DNA from: Octopus sinensis
Taxonomy: Eukaryota
Assembly (NCBI RefSeq): GCF_006345805.1
Contig: NW_021823944.1
Span: forward strand, 1 to 20,673
Reading direction: 5' to 3'
Length of the DNA stretch: 20,673 bases
The notes under the pieces were generated by a model that worked only from the letters and a program-made list of their open reading frames with translations, made no database searches and was not told where the DNA came from. This document shows positions 1 to 10,085 of the stretch, piece after piece; positions within the stretch are counted from its first letter, which is position 1, and every line of letters starts with the position of its first letter. The position numbers and the translations under genes are program-made.

Positions 1-655
1 GATGGATTCTCCGAACTTTCCAACAAATAGAAGGAGACACTGATGGCCTATGGAAAACATTTGTCCTCAGCCGCTTGGACTACTGGCCTCCCAACTTTGG
101 TCACCACACAATTAAACAAACAGCAGAACTCGAAGCAACTCAGAGAAGCTACACAAAGAAAATCGTCTGAATGCAAATGTCAGCTACTGGAAAGACTGAA
201 GGTATTAACCTCTTCTCCCTGGAGCGGAGGCGGAGAGACATGCAGTGATATACATCTGGAAAATCCTGGAGGTTCTTGTCCCAAACTTTGGCATTCAAAG
301 TTACTCCAACCGCAGAACGGGGCGCCGCTGCGTGGTGCCAAGGATTCCAACATCACCATCAAAAATACGGTCCAGATACTGCAACAGCTTGGGTTTTCAG
401 AGGACCACAGCTCTTTAACATCCTCCCTAAATGCCTGAAGACTTACACGGTGTGGATGTGGGTTTCTTTAAACTAAACGGATCTCTTCTTGTTGGGAGTC
501 CAGATGAACCTACCTCACGACAGAAGACCCGGATGCGGGCATCAGCATCGAACTCCATTTTTGACAAGTGCCACGTATCAGAGGTGGATTCACAAACTGT
601 GTAGCTCATTCAGCGTGGTGCCCCAGCAGGCCGCGGCCTTCGGCTAACACATTTT
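1..655 (+). mobile_element. Decayed 3' end of a CR1/L2-group non-LTR retrotransposon (ORF2 C-terminus plus short 3' UTR), continuing beyond the window start
   Basis: Translation across frameshifts from nt 3 gives WILRTF..LWKTFVLSRLDY..AELEATQRSYTKKI / ERLKVL / NLFSLERRRR / IYIWKILE / RGPQLFNILPKCL / GVPDEPTSRQ..ASASNSIFD, matching the post-RT region of CR1-group ORF2. It has an in-frame stop (~168-170) and several frameshifts, and ends just before (TA)n. ORFs 43..438 and 276..476 are pieces of it. Confidence 0.88.
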
Positions 656-674
656 TAAGGATTTAAGAAGGATA

Positions 675-680
675 TATATA

Positions 681-726
<46 letters not shown>

Positions 727-755
727 TATATATTATATATATATATATAATATAT
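675..755. repeat. (TA)n microsatellite
   Basis: Directly visible TA run with interruptions. Confidence 0.95.
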
Positions 756-757
756 TT

Positions 758-925
758 ACAACTTGACAACCGAGTGTTGGTGTTTTTACACAGAACTTAG
801 CGTTCAAAAATATAGACCGATACAGTAAGTACTACGCTTACAAAGAATAAGTCCTAGCGTCGATTTGCTCGACTAAAGGCAGTGCAGCAACATGGCCGCA
901 ATCAAATGACTTAAAGAAAAGAATT
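758..925 (+). mobile_element. 3' body and tail of a tRNA-derived SINE (same family as 11181-11402)
   Basis: cttgacaaccgagtgttggtgt..aacttagcg..gaccgata..taagtact..gtcgatttgctcgactaaaggcagtgc..catggccgcaatcaaatgac aligns by eye to the reverse complement of 11181-11402 and to a recalled abundant octopus SINE body. Confidence 0.75.
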
Positions 926-1226
926 ACAGAATAACAGATTTCTATCAGTCTATATTTCTACCTGTCTTTCTTCCATTTTGTATCTCAGTTCACGTATCTC
1001 TCTTCCTAAATCACTCCCTTTCTCGCAATCAAAAACTTCATTGTTTTAGTGTCACTTTAAATTACTTCAATTAGATTATTCGTATGTTTAATAATCATTC
1101 TAGTATATATAACTTGAAAATATATTTCTTAAAGATACTTACTATTTATACGTGCATTTCTACTTTAAAATTTTTTAATAAATTCAGTTTCATCTACTTT
1201 TAGTTTTTATGTTTTTATTTTATTCT

Positions 1227-1227
<1 letters not shown>

Positions 1228-1262
<35 letters not shown>

Positions 1263-1279
1263 TCTATCATCTATCTATC

Positions 1280-1317
<38 letters not shown>

Positions 1318-1381
1318 ACTATCAATACGCATATATATATATAACTATATATATATATATATATATAATATATATATATAT
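1228..1381. repeat. Compound (TATC)n + (TA)n microsatellite
   Basis: Directly visible; source of the spurious ORF 1209..1538. Confidence 0.95.
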
Positions 1382-1546
1382 AGGGAGATTTACGAAAAAA
1401 AAAAGACGAAGACAGGTTGTGTACAAAACAAGCAGATGTATTAGTATAACTCTCAGGAATAGAAAGAGTCTTTTACGTTTCGAGCCTACGCTCTTCTTCA
1501 GAAAGGGACAGAAACAAGGAGAGAAAAATTGTGTGTAGTGGCTAGA
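1382..1546 (-). mobile_element. Interspersed repeat family U, copy 1 (short non-coding, HHR-like motif, Penelope pLTR/retrozyme-like)
   Basis: Homologous to 7745-7925 (same orientation) and 14325-14505 (inverted): aaagacgaagacagg..gatgtattagtataac..acgtttcgagcctacgctcttc..tgtgtagtggcta. Confidence 0.85.
1470..1505 (-). ncRNA. Minimal type I hammerhead-like motif (variant core with one extra A after A9)
   Basis: Minus strand reads CUUU-CUGAAGA-A-GAGC GUAG GCUC-GAAACGU-A-AAAG: 4-bp stem I, 4-bp stem II hairpin, palindromic ACGU stem III. Confidence 0.6.
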
Positions 1547-1614
1547 TTAATAGATAGATACACAGATGGACAGATAGAATAATCTATCTCTTTATCTAAC
1601 TATTTATCGAACTA

Positions 1615-1659
<45 letters not shown>

Positions 1660-1677
1660 CTATATATATATATATAT

Positions 1678-1733
1678 AACAGACAAGGTATATATATTGA
1701 AGGATTCATAAATTGATAATTAGACAGGAGGAC

Positions 1734-1776
<43 letters not shown>

Positions 1777-1982
1777 TAGATAGATAGACATAGATAGATA
1801 TATCTAGCTAGCTAGCTATCTGTGTGTGTGTATGTCTGCATGTATGTGTTTGTGTGTGTGTGTGTGTGTATGTACTGTATACATAAATATATAGCTAGAA
1901 TTACGCATGTCTGTACGTATCCATACGTCCTCCTGTCTAATTATCAGTTTATGCATCCTTCAATATATATACCTCGTCTGTT
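1678..1982. repeat. ~60-bp inverted repeat pair (1678-1737 / 1923-1982) enclosing microsatellites
   Basis: aacagacaaggtatatatattgaaggattcataaattgataattagacaggaggacgta versus the reverse complement of 1923-1982: 3 mismatches in ~60 nt. Confidence 0.9.
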
Positions 1983-2379
1983 TTTTAGTCATCCTACTAT
2001 TTTCTGATTTTTATCCTTTCGCTTAACCTCCGTCTCAATTATAACCACATTTCCTTTCTCTTTCCTTATTTCCTTCTTTGTACCACCACTCTCTTCCGCC
2101 CCTCCTCTCTCACCCTCTCTCACATACACATGGACTCGCGCACGTAGACTCACAGACACGCATAATTATATACATATATATACACACGTAAATACACAAT
2201 TATATACAAATTTATCTATTATGGGTTATGTTATATATGAATACATATCAATTATATATATATATTATATATATATATACATACACACACATGTACATAT
2301 TTATATATTTTATTATACATATACTTACTTGTACGTCTGTAAATGCTACGTACGTTTGGAGTACAGGGATTCATAACTA

Positions 2380-2408
2380 TCTACCTACCTATCCCTCTAT
2401 CTATCCAA

Positions 2409-2450
<42 letters not shown>

Positions 2451-2467
2451 GTCTGTCTGTCTCTCTG

Positions 2468-2502
<35 letters not shown>

Positions 2503-2514
2503 ATCTATCTATCT

Positions 2515-2557
<43 letters not shown>
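2380..2557. repeat. Compound (TATC)n/(TC)n/(GATA)n microsatellite with a polarity switch at ~2515
   Basis: Directly visible: ...ctatctatcta|tagatagatag... Confidence 0.95.
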
Positions 2558-2559
2558 TT

Positions 2560-2630
2560 GTCATAATAGCCGATGAGAATGTATCCTAGCTCTTAGCTTC
2601 TGTATTTGAAACTCTGAGTCCTATTATGAC
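2560..2630 (+). ncRNA. Type I hammerhead ribozyme fold with a U4-to-C core variant; predicted GUC cleavage after 2620
   Basis: Stem I GUCAUAAUAG (2560-69) / CUAUUAUGAC (2621-30), 10 perfect bp; core CCGAUGA (2570-76); stem II GAAUGUA/UGUAUUU (7 pairs, 3 G-U); GAAA (2608-11); stem III ACU-CUG-AGU; then C2620. Confidence 0.72.
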
Positions 2631-2658
2631 CATTTACTGTTTGTCCTAAAATATACAT

Positions 2659-2689
<31 letters not shown>

Positions 2690-3049
2690 ACACACCACAC
2701 ACACACACACACACACACACCACACACATATATATATATATATAATATATCCGATCTACACTGCAATAATGGTTCCGTAGTCCTTTTCCTCCAAACCAAT
2801 CCTTCTGACTGTATCTCATTTTGTTGACTTGTTTACTTCTTTCTTCGTTTCTAAAACATTTTATCAGCAAATTTTAAACTTCTTATGGATCATCATTGAC
2901 CTCATCCGCAGTTTCAACACTTGCTTCAACTTCTCAGTTCCTTTTTTCCTACCAGTTCCTATCGACCGATCTATGCGTTTCTATGCCTGACTTTGTACAT
3001 GTTTCCCTGTGCCTAATTAGTTATCAGTCTACTTTGATGCACGTACGTA

Positions 3050-3200
3050 GTTATGTATGCACGTATGTATGTATGTATGTATGTATGTATGTATGTATGT
3101 ATGTATGTATGTATGTATGTATGTATGTATATATGTACGTATGTATGCATGTACGCATGTATGTATGTATGTATGTATGTATGTATGTAGTTATGTATAT
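3050..3200. repeat. (ATGT)n microsatellite
   Basis: Directly visible; produces the MYVC-repeat ORFs 2896..3318 and 3057..3464. Confidence 0.95.
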
Positions 3201-3426
3201 ATGTATGTGTCTATTCCTCTGTCACCCTGTTTCTATATCAATCTATCTTTCTACTTGTCTATCTATCTGTCTATCTATCTATCTATCTTTCTACCTATAT
3301 ACCTCTCTACCTATTTAACTATCTTTTCATCTATCTATTTATGTATCTATATTTTCATCTATCTATTTATCTTTCTATCTATCCATTTATCTATCTATCT
3401 ATATATCTATGTATCTATATATATAT

Positions 3427-3457
<31 letters not shown>

Positions 3458-3839
3458 CATATAGATCTATATGTATATATATATATGTATGTATGTACAT
3501 CTATCTAGTTATTTATCTCTCAACATATATAAATATAGAAACATACATACAAATACATATAAAGAGAATGAGAGAGATATGAATGAATAGATAGATAGAT
3601 AGATAGATAGATACAGTGATTGATAGATATATATCTAAGCACATGTATACGTGATGTATTTCTATATGAATGTATATATTAATGTATATTAACGCATATA
3701 TCTATTAACATATATTACCTCGACATCTTTGCACATATATTTCTTTTCATCTGTATCATACCAAATTGAAGCTAATTTAGTATCCTTTAGTTCTTTCCAA
3801 TCCACCCCAATTCTCCACTCTTGTCTCTGCTTCTCTTTC

Positions 3840-3878
<39 letters not shown>

Positions 3879-4139
3879 TTCCTCTCTCTCTCTCTCCATC
3901 TATCGGCATTTCTCATTCATATACTCATATCTTCAATCCCTACTCTGTGAGCATGCACACACACACACACACAAACAAACTAACAAACAAACAAATTGCC
4001 TCTCTCTGTATTCATCAATCTGTCTTTTTCTTTCTACCTCCTCTTATATATATATATATATATATCTTTCTGTTCAGTTCTTCATGTTTTGATATCAATT
4101 AATCTATCTACCAATCCCATTATCTCTTTTCCTCCTCCC

Positions 4140-4284
4140 TCCCTCTCTCTCTCTCTCTCTTCTCTCTCTATATATATATCATATATATATATATATATAT
4201 ATATATCTGTCTATCTGTCCCTCTCTGCCTTTCTTCATTTTTTCTCCATTTGCCTACACACACACATACATACCTACATATATA

Positions 4285-4324
<40 letters not shown>

Positions 4325-4525
4325 TATAGATAATATATATATATAATACTATGTATGTATAATATTTTATATATATAAATATATATGTATGTTATATATA
4401 TATGCATGTATATTTATGTAATATAAACTATTACTTCATATGTTATATCCTCTTTCTCTATGTTCATTTTCATTTTCATATGTGTATATATATATATATA
4501 TACACACATATATACATATACACAC

Positions 4526-4556
<31 letters not shown>

Positions 4557-4589
4557 TATATATCTACATATATACACACACATAGATAA

Positions 4590-4652
<63 letters not shown>

Positions 4653-4745
4653 TATAGGCAAATAGGCAGACAGACTGACTGACAGAGAGACAGACGGACG
4701 GACAGGCAGGTGGACAGACAAACAGACAGACAGATAAATAGATAG
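4140..4745. repeat. Compound microsatellite block: (TC)n, (TA)n, (CA)n, (GATA)n, (GACA)n
   Basis: Directly visible. Confidence 0.9.
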
Positions 4746-4789
4746 GCCGATAGATATCCCTCAACACGTACTCCTTTAGTTATCGTATT

Positions 4790-5125
4790 ACTCTTCCCCT
4801 CTCTGTCAGTCTGTTTGTCTCTCTCGCCCTCTCTCACCTCATCTCCCTATCAATTCCTCTCTCGCTCTCTCTCTCTCTTCTTCTTCTTCTCTCGCTTCTT
4901 TGTTTACTCTCTCTATTGCTGTTACTTACTCATACAAAATCTTTCTTACCTTCCGATACGTAAACCCGCGAATACTCCCGTTCTGGAACCCCTTTCCTCC
5001 CTCTTTCTATCTCTCTGCCTTTCTATCTTTCCTTCTTACATTTAAAATCTCCTTCTCTTCCTCGCTTCTCTCTCTCTTCCGTATTTACTGTTATCTTCTA
5101 ATCTGTGACTCTTTCTTTGCTCACT

Positions 5126-5159
<34 letters not shown>

Positions 5160-5253
5160 GCTCCCTCTTCTTTCTTTATTCCCCTCTCATTTCCCAGCAT
5201 TTCAAATCTTCTCTTACTCTTTATCTCTTTCTTTCTTACTCTGCGTCCCTCTT

Positions 5254-5288
<35 letters not shown>

Positions 5289-5530
5289 ATATCTTTCTCT
5301 CTATCTCCCGCTCCATCTCCACCCCACTCTCGTTTTAACCCTATTTTGACACCCAATTACATTCCGTCTATCCTCACCTCCTCATCCAATCCACAACCTC
5401 ACTTCTCCTTATCCTACCCTCTCTCTCTCTCTTTCTCCCTCTATATCCTCCTCCCTCTCTTTCTTATATCTACCAGTCTATCTGTCCCTATCTATCCCTA
5501 TCTATGTGTCTCTCTCTCACCTTCACTCCT
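4790..5530. repeat. ~740-bp CT-rich polypyrimidine low-complexity tract
   Basis: The + strand is strongly pyrimidine-biased with many (TC)n runs; the ORFs here are Leu/Ser or Arg/Glu artefacts. Confidence 0.85.
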
Positions 5531-5928
5531 ACTCCCTCGCATTTACACCGCCATCTCCTGCTCAAATCTGACCTCTTTGTCAGATTCACAATTAGGAGCC
5601 ATTCAAACTGAATACAGAAAAAATTACCAAATCAATAATTTCGAATTATATTCTTCACATTCCCCATTTCGTCCCCACCTTAATACAAACTATGTTTGTG
5701 ACTGTCTATCAGTCTCTGCGTGTCTGTCTCTATGTCTGTCCGTCTGCCGGTCGGGCTTTCTGTCTGTCTGTATGTCTGTCTATCAGTCTGGCAATCTGGA
5801 GGTCTTGTTACTTCCGTGTGTCTGGAATTTGGCTCTCTCTGTCTGTCTGTCTATTTGTGAGTATGTCTGTTGGTCTATCTTTCTCTGCCTACCTCTTTGT
5901 GTGTGTGTTTGTAAGTATACATGGATGA

Positions 5929-5976
<48 letters not shown>

Positions 5977-5989
5977 GTTCTACTTTTTA

Positions 5990-6340
5990 GTTATTATAAA
6001 TCTTCCACTGAGGAGGGAGCCGGATTCCAACAAAGATACAAGGCTCCATCTTTGGGATGTAGTTAACAAAGACAAATTCACATTTGGAACTTGAGAAAAG
6101 TCTTGCATATTTTTACTGTTCCACTCACAGATTGCACTTGTAATGTACGAATTAGCCGGTTGATTTCTCTTTCTGAAAATCTCAATTTATCCAGATTCTC
6201 CTTTAAGCATTTACTAACAAAACCTGCTGTTCCAATTATTATTGGTATGGATATGAATTCATAGTCTGGATATAGAAGCTGAAGGTTTCGAAGCAGTTGT
6301 CCATAGATTTCCTATTTTTCTTTGATTTTCAAAGAGATAT
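5990..6340 (-). mobile_element. 5'-truncated RLE-endonuclease non-LTR retrotransposon end (R4/Dong-like), with short 3' UTR
   Basis: Contains the ORF remnant 6078-6338, followed by ~90 nt of 3' UTR with a GGAGCC/GGCTCC hairpin (6011-6042 region). The 5' end abuts (ATAC)n-like repeats. Confidence 0.72.
6078..6338 (-). pseudogene. C-terminal remnant of a non-LTR ORF with restriction-like endonuclease (RLE) motifs
   Basis: Manual translation: ISLKIKEK*EIYGQLLRNLQLLYPDYEFISIPIIIGTAGFVSKCLKENLDKLRFSEREINRLIRTLQVQSVSGTVKICKTFLKFQM*, one stop at 6312-6314. K..EK..(K/I)Y..L, PIIIG..G and GT.KI...L resemble the RLE C-terminus of R4/Dong-clade elements. Confidence 0.72.
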
Positions 6341-7413
6341 GTATGTATATAAGCAAGTATGTATGTTTGTAAGTATGAATGCATGTATGTATGCATGTAT
6401 GCATGTATGTATAAATATATGTATTTTTCTTTGCATGTTCATTTCATTGTTTCCCCGATTCCGTTTGTGTCGTAGTGAAAAATCTAAGGTCTTTAAATGT
6501 GAGTATGTATGTGTGTATGCATATACTTTTATACATATATGTGAGTGTGTGTATAAGTACTTTCGTAAATGGTGTTTATAATCTTCTTAAAAGAAGACGA
6601 GTTCCGTTTCGTCAGAGAGAACAAGATGTCGGCATAGTCTGCTTATGAAATACGCAACACAACATTATTTCGCGTACAGTCTAGTTACTTTGGGTCGTTA
6701 TAATCAACTAAATTCCGTTCAAAATTTCAAACCTTGCACCTATAATTCGTCGGATAAAGTATATAACACGTATTCTAAAATTTAAAGTAATTTTAGAGTT
6801 ACACCAATTAATGTCCTCATATTTGATATTTTCGTTTTGACTCGGATAGGGAAAGACTTACGCTGCAGAAATAGCCTTGACGGAAAATATTCTCTTCATA
6901 GATTATATGCGAGAAACTTATTGCCTTTCAAGACAGTATTTTCTTTCAATAAAATTTATCTTTCCACGTCTGCGTGTGTAAGATAACATTTCATTCAACG
7001 CTGCTTAGGGGGACAAAAAATAAAACATTCTATAAAATTTCCAAGCACTCCTGAAGGGTTATGAAGTAAAGCTTTGGTCTATAGCTCTGTTGAAAGAAGA
7101 GGTGCTTCTGTATTATTTTTAGAGATTCGAGAATGGCCCGAATGCTTCCATTATGCAGATTTTGCTACAACACTGTTTTGTTATTCGCTCTGGTGTTACT
7201 TTTTCTTTTATTATCTTTCATTTGTTCTTCTCTGGTTTAAAGCACAATAAAGTAAAATAGCGCAGGCGGGTACCAACACTTCCATGGGATACACTAGAAC
7301 AATTGTAACGGCTTCTTCATATGAAACCGTTAGTTGCTTCCTTAATCCTTACATAAAGTATATTTATACACCAATAAGATGTTGATCACACATTCTCACT
7401 GTTCGACATTAAT

Positions 7414-7600
7414 GTGTCTATGTATGTATGTATGTATGTATGTATGTATGTATGTATGTATGTATGTATGTATGACTGTATGTATGTGTATATGCGTGTG
7501 TGTGTTGCATGCGTATGCATGATTGTATGAAAGTATGTATGTATGTATGCAGGTATGTCATGTATGTATGCATAGATGTATGTATGTAGATATATATATT
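7414..7600. repeat. (ATGT)n microsatellite, degenerate at its 3' end
   Basis: Directly visible. Confidence 0.9.
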
Positions 7601-7617
7601 AATATATATATATTATT

Positions 7618-7699
7618 AAAATATTATTCGAGACAAAACCACTATTTTGCAAAACCAACAAGGAAAGACTTAATCAATACATAAAATTTTAATAAATAT
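7618..7699 (-). repeat. Interspersed repeat family P, fragment (homologous to 14065-14145)
   Basis: gagacaaaaccactattttgcaaaac.aacaaggaaagacttaatcaatacataaaattt is the reverse complement of 14065-14145 with few differences. Confidence 0.85.
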
Positions 7700-7700
7700 T

Positions 7701-7742
<42 letters not shown>

Positions 7743-7744
7743 TA

Positions 7745-7925
7745 TAGGGAAAGTTTACGAAAAATCAAAAGACGAAGACAGGTGATGTACAAAACAGACA
7801 GATGTATTAGTATAACGCACAGGAATAGAAAAAGTATTTTACGTTTCGAGCCTACGCTCTTCTACAGAAAGGTACACAGAAGGAGAGAAAAAAATGTGTG
7901 TAGTGGCTAACGATCTATCATGCCG
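7745..7925 (-). mobile_element. Interspersed repeat family U, copy 2 (HHR-like motif at 7836-7871, core CUGUAGA)
   Basis: Aligns to 1382-1546; the minus strand reads CUUU-CUGUAGA-A-GAGC GUAG GCUC-GAAACGU-A-AAAU. Confidence 0.85.
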
Positions 7926-7942
7926 TCTATCATGGTACATAC

Positions 7943-7983
<41 letters not shown>

Positions 7984-8490
7984 TGTTTGTGTGTGTGTGT
8001 GTGTGTTTTCTGCTGCTGTTATATAATCTTCAAACGTTTTCATCAAGGAGCAAGACACTTTACTTAATTCGAACTATACTTGCCATGTAAGTATTAATAT
8101 ATTACTTCCAAAATCTAAAAGCCCTTATTGGTCTGGTTAACCTTTAATATCGATCACTAAAACTATCAGGCATTGTTTGCACGAAAGAACTGATGGGCCA
8201 GAGCTTTTCGAACTAATACATTGGCATAATCTACAAATGATTAATGTATGAAAATTAAACCCGCTAAATGTTATGACAACACCATCAGAGAATATATCCT
8301 ACATGTCATAGGGTTCTGCGAGAAACAGGCACGGTGCTATGTGTATGAATATCTCTCTAATCGGGAGCAAAATTAGCAATAGTTCCAACATAGTTAATTA
8401 CAAATTGAAGCCAGATCGAAGAGAATTTCTGAGTTGCGATTAAGCATACATGCATCCACACATACACCACACACCACAATACATATATAC

Positions 8491-8553
<63 letters not shown>

Positions 8554-8757
8554 CAGAGAGAGAGAGAGTTGTATATATATATTATATATATATATATATA
8601 TGCATACTAACCCACTCAGGCAAATTACATACTATGTATAAATGTCGTATGCTTGTGTATACATATAAATATGTATGTATGCATATATATGTATATATAT
8701 ATAGAATATATATATATAGATTGTATGTATGTATTAATGTATATATGTACATATATA

Positions 8758-9462
8758 TAGCAATTAAGGACACTACTTAATAAGGAAAACTTAACAAGAA
8801 ATTGTCAGGTAGATAGTGAAACCCATAAGAGAAAAATTTCGAAAATAATTATTTCTTATTGAACATATTATTTATATATAGAGGGCATTATACATACATG
8901 CCAGAAGGCATTACACATACATGCCAAACGCTAAAGGGACAATTAGTCATTTCTACCAAAAATATTACTAATCCCACCGAATGCAATTTTTCAAAGTAAG
9001 ACATTTAAAAAATATAGACCTGTATCACAGTGATTTCATACTTACGAGGTTTTCACGCTATCTACCTGACAATTTCTTGTTATTTTCCTTATTAAGTAGT
9101 TGTCCTTAATTGCTAAATTTTATTCCGAAAAAACTTTTCTCTTCCCGAAATGCAATTCGTAAAAGTTTGCCATTTATCCGGATGTAATATATGTAAACTC
9201 ACCCGTGCTTCGTTGATGTTGATCAGTTTAGCTGATCGCCTTAAGCGGGGCAGGTCGTTTATTTATATGCATTCAGGCCTGCTGATGAATACGTAAGTAT
9301 GAAATCACTGTGATACAGGTCTATATTTTTAAATGTCTTACTTTGAAATTGCATTCGGTGGGATTAGTAATATTTTTGGTAGAAATGACTAATTGTCCCT
9401 CTTAGCGTGTGGCATTTATGTTAATGCCTTCTGGCATGTATTATAATGCCCTCTATATATAT
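8758..9462. repeat. Interleaved double inverted-repeat element (A 8758-8829 / A' 9041-9115; B' 8873-9046 / B 9292-9462) containing an HHR
   Basis: tagcaattaaggac..caggtagatag has its reverse complement at 9041-9115; gagggcattata..tttcatacttacg has its reverse complement at 9292-9462 (~170 nt, high identity). Flanked by (TA)n-rich sequence on both sides. Confidence 0.9.
9275..9322 (+). ncRNA. Canonical type I hammerhead ribozyme; predicted AUA cleavage between 9315 and 9316
   Basis: AGGCCUG (9275-81) - CUGAUGA (9282-88) - AUAC GUAA GUAU (9289-9300) - GAA - AUCA CUG UGAU (9304-14) - A9315 - CAGGUCU (9316-22). Stem I 7 bp with one G-U, stem II 4 bp with a GNRA loop, stem III 4 bp; all core nucleotides match the HHR consensus. 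Confidence 0.85.
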
Positions 9463-9699
9463 ATGTATATATATACTATATATATATATGTATGTATATA
9501 TTATATATATATGTGTGTGTGTTGCGTATGTATATGTAGGCATAGTATCACACAGATGTATATCATAACTTTTCGTATATTGCATAAGATGAAGCCAGTA
9601 GACTAATGAATATGAGACCGGAATAAAGGATGAAAGACAAAACGGCGCTAACCGACAAAATCTTACTGCGAAGGCATATACGTGGAAGCACTCATAGGC

Positions 9700-10085
9700 G
9701 GCCATACATATATGTATACATACACACACATATACACGCATATACACACACTCACACGTATATATGAATGTATATGTATAGATACGCACACACATAGATA
9801 TGAACGTATATGTATAGATACATACATACATCCATATACATACATACGCACAGATGTATATTCACGTATGCACATACACACACATGCATACATATACATA
9901 TACACACATACATACATGCATACACACATACATACATACATACATACATACATGCAAACATACATACATACAATACATACGTATAGACATACATAAAAAA
10001 ATACATCTATATATATATATATATATATACGTGCATAGAAACATGCACATATACCCTCACAGACACACACATATATATATACATC
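9700..10085. repeat. Degenerate (CATA)n/(CA)n/(TA)n low-complexity block
   Basis: Directly visible; source of several H/T/Y/I and M/Y/V/C ORFs. Confidence 0.85.

Noticed and set aside
2835-2875. Minus-strand CTGATAA..GAAACG HHR-like spacing
   Set aside because: G8 is altered, stem II does not pair convincingly, and there is no stem I or cleavage triplet.
6131-6244. Apparent + strand exon (cacag|AT..TTG|gtatgg, 114 nt, open frame)
   Set aside because: It lies antisense to the RLE retrotransposon ORF remnant, which explains the openness; the peptide resembles nothing I recognise.
6598-6620. Minus-strand CTGACGAAACG, resembling fused HHR core halves
   Set aside because: No stem II between the core halves and no stem I complementarity; likely chance.
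8048-8086. Possible 39-nt micro-exon ending at a strong CAT|gtaagt donor
   Set aside because: Weak AAG acceptor, no partner exons and no recognisable peptide; cannot be supported without RNA-seq.
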